Shown: positions 28,389 through 39,100 of the stretch, piece by piece | Numbering within the stretch: position 1 is the first letter of the stretch | Layout: every line of letters begins with the position of its first letter | Source: Nemertoderma westbladi | Lineage: Eukaryota > Animalia > Xenacoelomorpha | Direction: 5' to 3' | Length of the DNA: 64,000 nucleotides | Assembly: GCA_032718475.1 (NCBI GenBank) | Contig: JAUCBJ010009144.1 | Span: 1-64,000, forward strand | Position numbers and translations under genes: made by a program | The notes under the pieces: model-generated | Told to the model about the DNA's origin: nothing | Database searches by the model: none | What the model saw: only the letters and a program-made list of their open reading frames with translations

Positions 28389-30651
28389 TCTATATATATA
28401 AATATCCTCTGTCTGTCTGTGAGTCTGTGAGTCTGTCCAAGCTATACACTCCGACACACGAGCACCAATCTGAGCGAATGATACATCGATCGAAAGCTCT
28501 CGTCCCGAGCACGTAAACTATCGCTATCTCGAGGCTTATTTTACGCGTATGCTTGCGTGAATGCGTATTTTGTATTCGCTGCAACATGTTGTGTGATAAA
28601 ATCTCAAAGTGATTCGAATATTCCTTTTGGCAGTACAGGCCTGGCAAAGCTGAGAGTTAGTTAGCAAGGCAGCTAGCTACTTGCAGACCAATCATAGGTG
28701 GCCTGCAGCAGGCTGGGTTGGTTAAGTAGTAATCTCAATAAATAGGACCCAGCAGGAGAGTGGAGTGGATCTACTGTGATTGGTTCTTGACTTACATTGG
28801 TAAGAACAAGCAGTAAATCTTAGATTAGCTTTTTTTCAGTTCACATATTGTTTATAATCATAAACACAAAATGATTCAATTATTCATTTTTGCAATGTAC
28901 CGGATGGGTGCTAGCGAGGTAGGCCTAGCAGGTCGTCAGTCCGTCATCCTACAAGTTGGATCTTGACTCTATCATGTGCGTGCACCTATATAATGCAGAC
29001 CATCCTCAGCCCGTGAACATGAATTCTAAAGGCTATCTCGAGGCTGATTTTTTACACATTTACTTGATACTTGCATGAATGCGTCTTTGAGGTAAAATTG
29101 CATTATTCTGCAGTTGTTTTGTTATCGGAGAAATTACTGATCAGCAAGCAGGAAATTGTAACAGCAGTTATTGCATCATCGTAATTCGTAACCACTCTGC
29201 TGACACTTTGCAGAATAAATTCTACCTGACCATAGCTGCGTGTTGGGAGGACGCCGACCAGTTTGCGGTTCTTCAGTCTGCCACTAGGAGGCGAAATGTC
29301 TGAAAGGGAAAATCTTATCCTATTTTGTTATTAATAATGATTTTTAGCTGATACTTAGGTCCTTTACACAATATGTTTATAATGTTTTTTGCTGATACCA
29401 AGCAGAGTATACTACACCGTAGGGTGTGTATTTGGGCTTGGGGAGACGATGACTAATCTACAGTTCCCCATTCTGCCGCTATTAGGTGATGAATACTTTT
29501 TTGCTGATACTTGGCACTTGGCAGAGGACTACTACACCATAGTCGTCATGTTTGGGGAGGACGCTAACCAGTGCATAATTATGCAGTCTGCCACTAGGGG
29601 GCGAAATGTATGAAATTAAAACCTTCCATTTTAATACGATAGGGTTGCTGCAGTGACCTACTGCACTATAGATTATGTTTGCGAGGACGCTAACCACTAC
29701 TATGCAGTTATACAGTTTTCCACTAAGGGGAAAATATTACACACAGTTTAAACCTTTTCACATTTTATTATTTGTAATCCATTGGAGGTGTTACTTGGAA
29801 GGTATCTACTACAACATAAAGCCTTATGTTTATTATTGTATGTAGCTGCAACTAAAACGGGATCAGTCTGTTAGTCGTATGTAAAGTTTTGTTAAGTTAA
29901 TTAATTAATTTATTTATGTGGGGCGAGACACGTAGTCGGCGAGCCTTGGCATACGGTTCATATAGGGCAAATGGGGCATGTCCGTCTGTCTGTCTGTCTG
30001 TCTGTCTATCTGTCTGTCTGCCTGTCTGTCTGTCTGTCTGTCTGTCTGGTAAATGTTTGAACGCGAATTTCTCGGCATCGCTGGTTCGGAATTGAACCAA
30101 ACTTAGTAGGTAAGTAGTAGAGAGAAAGTTTAGAAAGTTTGTAAAGTATGGTGAAAAATCATGCAGTCTGACGTCAGCTACGACAGATTATGTGGTTTTT
30201 AGAAAATGTTAAATTTCTCGGGAAGGCCTCATTTTCCTGAGCTGAAATTTTGGTGGCCGGTAGAGAATCATGAAGTCTATCTTTTACGAAATTGAAAAGT
30301 TAAGACTTTTAATTGGGGATCCGCTAGAGACTCAGAAGTAATGATATAGGCCTACCGGTACGGTACTGCTGTACAGTGCTGCACTGGTAAGTACGAAATT
30401 GCAGAATAACAATTTGACACCACCTAGCGGATTAACATATGATTGTATATCGAATGAATACATTTATAGCATGGGATATGGGGTCCAAACTAGACATGCC
30501 CCATTTGCTCTATATGAACCGTATGCCAAGGCTTGCCGACTACGTGCTGCGCGAAGTCCCCACGAACGTGTTTGATATTGTCCATTGATTGATTGATTGT
30601 ATAGAAGCTTGTGAACTAGAAAGCCGTGGCCGAAGGCCACGGGCTTTCTAG
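28389..30651 (+). mobile_element. Non-autonomous Helitron copy 2 (contains nested insertion)
   Basis: TC start directly after the CTAG of copy 1, near-identical to copies 1 and 4, with the same 3' hairpin and CTAG. Confidence 0.85.
29918..30568. mobile_element. Nested inverted-repeat element with (GTCT)n microsatellite (DINE-1/Helentron-associated-like or MITE)
   Basis: Absent from copies 1 and 4 at the same site. ~50-bp inverted repeats CACGTAGTCGGC...GGGGCATGTC / GACATGCCCC...GCCGACTACGTG and an internal GTCT microsatellite. Confidence 0.7.
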
Positions 30652-33600
30652 TCTATATATATAAATATCCTCTGTCTGTCTGTGAGTCTGTGAGTCTATG
30701 AGTCTGTGAGTCTGTCCAAGCTATACGCTCCGACACACATGCACCAATCTGAGCAAATGGTACATCGATCGAAAGCTCTCGTCCTGAGCACGTAAACTAT
30801 CGCAATCTCGAGGCTAATTTTACGCGTTTGCTTGCGTGAATGCGTATTTTGTGTTCGTTCGGGCGAAATGTATCGAATTATTTCGGTTCTTCTATCGGTA
30901 ATTAATTATTTAGAGGGGTAACATTTATCCCATCTGGTATAAAATTAACATGAGTAGATTCGCCATGTCCCATTCTCACAAAGTATTTATTTTATTCGAG
31001 TGTTTAATATAAATATGTATGATTATTTATTGATTAAAAATCAAATAGTGTATAAATATGTCATATTCGCCAAGCACGATCGAATTGGCCTATTCTTAGT
31101 GCTGTAGTGAACAAGCTGGCAAGCCTGGAAGGTTCACGGTCCTCCTACTTAATCAGTACAATAATAATACGTTTTCGTTCGGGTAGGCCTATGTTTCCTT
31201 TTCACTTGTTCCCATCGTAGGCGACCTCATGCTCCTGTGCTCATCCCACCACGACCACGACCACCAGTTACGAGTTGGGTAGGCGTCTACCGGCAACCGG
31301 TAAGTAATTACGCGCCACACGACGTCATCCCGCCATCCGCCAACATTTATACCGGTACGGTAAGCCTACCACCTACCGGCTGGCTACCATCGCACCGTAG
31401 GTCTACCGCCTACGCCTACCGGTCAACCGGTAACGGTAGGCTACCGCGTACCGGTACAGCGGTACTCAAAGTCGTACCGGTATTGTCGTAATTGACAAAT
31501 GCAGGATTAAACCGTAACCCGTTCCAGTACCGGTACCATATGCATCTGAACGACTGGACGGTTAATCTCATAGCATAGCTGCATAGGCCTACTGGTAGTC
31601 AGTGCGAAGTCGCCTGCGAACATGGCGAAATATTATATTTACTGCTAGGGCTAGGCTAGGACCTACTGCTGTACTGACCTATGACAGTATGAAGATAGGC
31701 AGATAGGCCTACAGTGGTCAGGTAGTACCGGTCCGGTATGCCTACTACAGGCAGACAATCAGACAGTACTAGCAGTGCTAATTAATTACCTTAATTAAAT
31801 CTTCAATTAGGTCATAATGTAGGTCCAAATTTAAAAATCGGCCTCCGTTAATCGATTTACAAATAATTCAGGTACCTCCATGCCAAATATCAGAATCATT
31901 CATTGCGTTCCCTATGACAAGATAGCTTTTTCCTAAACCATGCGAAAACACGCAAATATAGCGCTCACATCGCACAAATACCATCTCGACACCCAATTTT
32001 TTGTATGAGCCTTCGCCATCCCTATATCTAACTTTTGTCCAAATTTTGTTTCGATTGATTAATAAATAACTGAGATATCGCTCTGGACACACACACACAC
32101 ACACACACTAACACACACACACACACACATTACGGTAATAATGGTCACCTATGTCAAGGACCGTGAACCAATAGGGAAGGATTTTTTTCTGTATCATAGC
32201 AACGTTAAGGTAATTATTGAAATCGCAGCTAGCTGGCTGGGCACAGATAAGGAGCAAGCAGGCTGGAGTGTTGATTGGGGTGGGTTTGGGTTGTCTGTTG
32301 CGAATTGCTCAAGAGTAATTCTGCTTTCTCAAACATTGGCTGCATGGAAGGAGAGGTTTATAACATTTTTGTTTTACTGTTATGAATATTAAAAGTAAAA
32401 TAATTATTTCTGTAGGCCTATACTTACTGTATTATTATTTTATCTAATATTATACATCTAATCTCGATGAAATCTCGCTTACTATAGCTCGATAGATAGG
32501 TCTCGCCCTAACTCGTTGCAACGTAATACTCAGAGCCGTCTGAAGTTCCCCCATCTGCCGCTAGAGGGCGAATTGTCCGATAGTGAAAACCTGATCTCAT
32601 TGGGTTGTTTTTAATGCTTTTGAGCTGAAACTTGGTAGCTATATACTGCAGCATAGGCTGTTTATTTCCGGAGTCACTGAGTTGTCCACAGTTCCCCAGT
32701 CTACCGTTAGAGGGCTAAATGTCTGCAAGTTAACATCTTCTCCAACTTTGTTATTTATAATCCATTTAGACTGAACTTGGTAGGCATCTACTACAGCATA
32801 GGCTATATCTTTACTGAGTCGCGCAGAGTTGCCTACATTACCCGCGTCTGCCGCTAGAGGGCGAAATGTATGAAAGTTAACATCTCCTCCAACTTTGTTA
32901 TTTACAATCCTTTTAGACTGAAACTTGGTAGGCATCTACTATAGCATAGGCTATATCTTTGCGGAGTAGTAGAGTCGTCTACAGTTTCACAGTCAGCCGC
33001 TAGAGGGCGAATTGTCTGAAAGTTAACATCTTCTCCAACTTTGTTATTTACTAACGGTTTAGACTGAAACTTGGTAGGCATCTACTACAGCATAGGCTGT
33101 ACCTTTACGGAGTTACAGAGTTGTATACAGTCCCCCCATCTGCCGCTAGAGGGCGACATATCTGATAGTGAACACCTCATCCCATTTGGTTCTTTTTAAT
33201 CATTTTGAGCTGAAACTTGGTTGGTATCTACTACATCATAGGCTGTATCTTTACGGGGTTGCAGAATCCTATTCACTTCCCCAGTCTACCGCTAGAGGGT
33301 GAAATGTCTGAAAGTTAACATCTTCTCCAACTTTGTTATTTACTAACGGTTTAGACTGAAACTTGGTAGGCATCTACTACAGCATAGGCTGTACCTTTAC
33401 GGAGTCACATAGTTGTATACAGTCCCCCCATCTGCCGCTAGAGGGCGACATCTCTGATAGTGAACACCTCATCCCATTTGGTTCTTTTTAATCCTATTGA
33501 GCTGGAACTTGGTAGGAATCTACTACAGCATATTATGTATCTTTACGGAGTCCCAGAGTCGTCCACAGTTCTTCAGTCTACCGCTAGAGGGTGAAATGTC

Positions 33601-33948
33601 TGAATGTGAACATCTACATCAATTTTGTTATTTACAATCTGTTTAAGCTGAAACTTGAAAGGCAGGCATTTTACTTCACCATAAACCCCATCTTTACCAA
33701 ACTGCAGCGCCGTCTGCATTTCACCAGTCCGCAGGTAGAGGGTGGATCTGAAAGTGATCATTTTCTGGAAATTTTGTTATTTACAATCTGCCTAAAGTTG
33801 AAACTTGACAGTTATCTCTTATGGGGGTGGTGTTTTATTTAATGATGGTGTCTGTTCCGTATGCAGTTCTCAAATCTCCCACACATATTCATATATCATC
33901 TGCACGTGCACTAGAAAGCTGTGGCCCGAAGGGCCACAGGCTTTCTAG
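30652..33948 (+). mobile_element. Non-autonomous Helitron copy 3 (different subfamily)
   Basis: Shares only the first ~200 bp with the other copies. Has a variant 3' hairpin CTGTGGCCC-GAA-GGGCCACAG and CTAG. Confidence 0.8.
32530..33810. repeat. ~146-bp tandem repeat, ~9 copies, inside Helitron copy 3
   Basis: CCGCTAGAGGG core at 32558, 32704, 32851, 32997, 33143, 33289, 33435, 33581 and (degenerate) ~33727. Confidence 0.9.
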
Positions 33949-35603
33949 TCTATCTATATATATAAATATCCTCTGTCTGTCTGTGAGTCTATGAGTCTGT
34001 GAGTCTGTCCAAGCTATACGCTCCGACACACGAGCACCAATCTGAGCGAATGATACATCGATCGAAAGCTCTCGTCCCGAGCACGTAAACTATCGCTATC
34101 TCGAGGCTTATTTTACGCGTATGCTTGCGTGAATGCGTATTTTGTATTCGCTGCAACATGTTGTGTGATAAAATCTCAAAGTGATTCGAATATTCCTTTT
34201 GGCAGTACAGGCCTGGCAAAGCTGAGAGTTAGTTAGCAAGGCAGCTAGCTACTTGCAGACCAATCATAGGTGGCCTGCAGCAGGCTGGGTTGGTTAAGTA
34301 GTAATCTCAATAAATAGGACCCAGCAGGAGAGCGGAGTGGATCTACTGTGATTGGTTCTTGACTTACATTGGTAAGAACAAGCAGTAAATCTTAGATTAG
34401 CTTTTTTCAGTTCACATATTGTTTATAATCATAAACACAAAATGATTCAATTATTCATTTTTGCAATGTACCGGATGGGTGCTAGCGAGGTAGGCCTAGC
34501 AGGTCGTCAGTCCGTCATCCTACAAGTTGGATCTTGACTCTATCATGTGCGTGCACCTATATGATGCAGACCATCCTCAGCCCGTGAACATGAATTGTAA
34601 AGGCTATCTCGAGGCTGATTTTTTACACATTTACTTGATACTTGCATGAATGCGTCTTTGAGGTAAAATTGCATTATTCTGCAGTTGTTTTGTTATCGGA
34701 GAAATTACTGATCAGCAAGCAGGAAATTATAACAGCAGTTATTGCATCATCGTAACCACTCTGCTGACACTTTGCAGAATAAATTCTACCTGACCATAGC
34801 TGCGTGTTGGGAGGACGCCGACCAGTTTGCGGTTCTTCAGTCTGCCACTAGGAGGCGAAATGTCTGAAAGTGAAAATCTTATCCTATTTTGTTATTAATA
34901 ATGATTTTTAGCTGAGACTTAGGTCCTTTACACAATATGTTTATAATGTTTTTTGCTGATACCAAGCAGAGTATACTACACCGTAGGGTGTGTATTTGGG
35001 CTTGGGGAGACGATGACTAATCTACAGTTCCCCAGTCTGCCGCTATTAGGGGATGAAATGTCTGAATGAGGAAACCTACAATTTTGTTGTTTATGAATGC
35101 TTTTTTGCTGATACTTGGCACTTGGCAGAGGACTACTACACCATAGTCGTCATGTTTGGGGAGGACGCTAACCAGTGCATAATTATGCAGTCTGCCACTA
35201 GGGGGCGAAATGTATGAAATTAAAACCTTCCATTTTAATACGATAGAGTTGCTGCAGTGACCTACTGCACTATAGGTTATGTTTGCGAGGACGCTAACCA
35301 CTACTCTGCAGTTATACAGTTTTCCACTAAGGGGAAAATATTACACACAGTTAAAACCTTTTCACATTTTATTATTTGTAATCCATTGGAGGTGTTACTT
35401 GGAAGGTATCTACTACAACATAAAGCCTTATGTTTATTATTGTATGTAGCTGCAACTAAAACGGGATCAGTCTGTTAGTCGTATGTAAAGTTTTGTTAAG
35501 TTAATTAATTTATTTATTTATGTTTGATATTGTCCATTGATTGATTGATTGTATAGAAGCTTGTGAACTAGAAAGCCGTGGCCGAAGGCCACGGGCTTTC
35601 TAG
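33949..35603 (+). mobile_element. Non-autonomous Helitron copy 4
   Basis: TC start, 3' hairpin and CTAG followed by T, which completes an A^T target for the whole array. Confidence 0.85.
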
Positions 35604-36102
35604 TTATTATAATAATTATTATCTAGTAAAACCAAAACCATAAGATCAGCTGTTATATGTGATTGGTTGCCAAGGAACGGCATCAATATATATTCTTCAT
35701 ATTGATATGTAACTGCATTCTCTTAGTGGGTAGGCTTATGATATAGGCTAGTGCTGTGTGCTGTACCGGTACATTTTGTCCTATTTACAATAAGAAGGAT
35801 TTAGCTTTTCAAAATTGCCAAACTAGTACTTGACTTATACTAAAGAGATATTTCGGTATTTTTTAGTATCGCTTGATTTAGTACCGCTACGCGCTACGCG
35901 CTACCGGTTAATGTGTGAATGCTATAATTATAATAACAGGTCACAATAGTAGGTAGGCGTAGGCCTATATGGTAGCCTATGTTGATCATTTACTTCAGAT
36001 ATACATACATCACATCGTTGGCGTAGCAGTTGAGTACCGGTCCGGTAAATTGGTATAATAATATAAACCGAATACAAACAATATTTACTCTTCATTAAAT
36101 AA

Positions 36103-39100
36103 ATGGCCACAGATAGCAGGCCTTCTACTACAGGTACTGGACCTGAGAACATCGCCCAGGAAGCAACGCAGGGGGAGGGCGAACCCGTTAAAGACTCGTC
36201 TGTTGATCAGGTGAGTTATACTGTAGTAACAATGTGTTGGCAAGCTGTGTTTTTCGAGGTATTTGCAACAGCTCTTAAATTATGCATTAGTTTTCTACTG
36301 AATACAGCTGTAGTTTGTCCGCTAGAGATTTATAATGTGGTAAATAACAACTCGCAGTTAATACTTCCATTGTTAAGTAAAGCTGAAATTTAGAATATAG
36401 AATATATTTAGACGGGTAGTATATTTACTGCACATGCGATAACTAATGTTGTTATATATTTTGGGATATTTTTAGGCTCTTCTAGAAATACAAAAACGGA
36501 TAAAAGATGCCTTTGATATCTTCGACCATGAAGCTAATGGCACAGTAGATGTCCGAGAGATTGGTACTATAGTCCGGTTAGTGAGGGATCTAATGGCAAC
36601 ATTATATTGCAGATGACTGTTAGTCATGTTATTGTACATTAAATACTGGTAATAAGTTTGTTTGTCTAGGTCATTGAACTGCTGCCCTACTGAAGGATAA
36701 CTTCTATCAGTTTGTATGTCTAGGTCATTGAACTGCTGCCCTACTGAAGCATAACTTCTATAAGTTTGTTTGCCTAGGTCATTGAACAGCTGCCCTACTG
36801 AAGGATAACTTATATCAGTTTGTTTGTCTATGTCATTGAACTGCTGCCCTACTGAAGGATAACTTCTATCAGTTTGTTTGTCAAGGTCACTGAACTGCTG
36901 CCCTACTGAAGGATAACTTCTATCAGTTTGTTTGTCTAGGTCATTGAACAGCAGGCTGCCCTACTGAAGGATAACTTATATCAGTTTGTTTGTCTATGTC
37001 ATTGAACTGCTGCCCTACTGAAGGATAACTTATATCAGTTTGTTTGTCTAGGTCATTGAACTGCTGCCCTACTGAAGGATAACTTCTATAAGTTTGTTTG
37101 TCTATGTCATTGAACTGCTGCCCTACTGAAGGATAACTTCTATCAGTTTGTTTGTCTATGTCATTGAACTGCTGCCCTACTGAAGGATAACTTATATCAG
37201 TTTGTTTGTCTATGTCATTGAACTGCTGCCCTACTGAAGGATAACTTCTATCAGTTTGTTTGTCTAGGTCATTGAACTGCTGCCCTACTGAAGGATAACT
37301 TATATCAGTTTGTTTGTCTAGGTCATTGAACTGCTGCCCTACTGAAGGATAACTTCTATCAGTTTGTTTGTCTAGGTCATTGTACTGCTGCCCTACTGAA
37401 GGATAACTTATATCAGTTTGTTTGCCTAGGTCATTGAACTGCTGCCCTACTGAAGGATAACTTATATCAGTTTGTTTGCCTAGGTCATTGAACTGCTGCC
37501 CTACTGAAGGATAACTTATATCAGTTTGTTTGTCTATGTCATTGAACTGCTGCCCTACTGAAGGATAACTTCTATCAGTTTGTTTGCCTAGGTCATTGAA
37601 CTGCTGCCCTACTGAAGGATAACTTCTATCAGTTTGTTTGTCTAGGTCATTGAACTGCTGCCCTACTGAAGGAGAACTTATATCAGTTTGTTTGCCTAGG
37701 TCATTGAACTGCTGTCCTACTGAAGGAGAACTTCACGATCTCATTGCGGAGGTTGAGGAAGAGGAACCGACGGGGTACATCCGTTGCGAACGGTTTATAC
37801 CAGCGATGACTAGAACCCTAACCGAGCGCAAATACAGAGCTTCAAGTGAGGACGAGTTGAGGAAAGCGTTACAGGTGGGGAATATATTACAGGTAGGGAA
37901 CGTGTTACAGTTACGGAAAGTGTTACAGGTAAGGAAAGCCTTACAGGTGGGAAGACAGTTACATGTGGGGAAAGTGTTACAGGTAGGGAAAGCAATAGAT
38001 GTAGGGAAATATAAACAGGTATGTAAACAGTTACAGCTAGGGAAAGCCGTGGCAGGAAGAGGGAAAGAGGTTCAGCTAGGGGAAGTGTTACGGGTAGGGA
38101 AAGAGTTACAGATGGGTAAAGAGTTAGATAGTGAAATCGTTACAGGAAGGTAAAGGGGAATCTTTACAGGTATATGGGCGAACACATCGATTTCGTAAAG
38201 TAAATAAATAATATCGTGGCTAAACAGACTTTTCGCTAATTACGACGGGAGTATCTATTTACTTCAAGATTTTATAATTTAGCACTTTATAAATTACAGT
38301 GATATAATATAGGACTTTATAAGAATACATTAAGCTGTTGTAGCCGGGGCGACCCGAAGGCTTCTCTCTCAATAGCTGCTACCCGAGGGTAGTGGTGGGC
38401 ACTACTCCTAACTCCTATCTGCTACCCGAAGGTAGGGGTGGGCGCTACTCCTATCTGCTACCCGAAGGTAGGTGTGGGCGCTACTCCTATCTGCTACCCG
38501 AAGATAGGGGTGGGCGCTATTCCTATCTGCTACCCGTAGGTAGTGGTGGGGGCTACTCCTAGCTGCTACCCGAGGGTAGGGGTGGGCGCTATTCATATCT
38601 GCTACCCGAAGGTAGTAGGGGTGGGCGCTACTCCTATCTGCTACCCGAAGGTAGGGGCGGTCGCTACTCCTATCTGCTACCCGAAGGTAGTGGGGGTGGG
38701 CGCTACTCCTATCTGCTACCCGAAGGTAGTGGTGGTGGGCGCTACTCCTATCTGCTACCCGAAGGTAGGAGTGGGCACTACTCCTATCTGCTACTCGAAT
38801 GTAGTGGTGGGCGCTACTCCTATCTGCTACCCGAAGATAGGGGTGGGCGCTACTCCTATCTGCTACCCGAAGGTAGGGGTGGGCGCTACTCCCATCTGCT
38901 ACCCGAAGGTAGGGTTGGGTGCTACTCCTATCTGCTACCCGAAGGTAGGGGTGTGCGCTACTCCAATCTGCTACCCGAAGGTAGGGGTGGGTGCTACTCC
39001 TATCTGCTACCCGAAGGTAGGGGTGGGCATTACTCCTATCTGCTACCCGAAGGTAGGGGTGGGCACTACTCCTATCTGCTACCCGAAGGTAGGGGTGGGC

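Noticed and set aside
26381-35603. Short repeated ORFs in Helitrons as Rep/helicase or captured genes
   Set aside because: No HUH or helicase motifs. The ORFs recur only because the DNA is duplicated.
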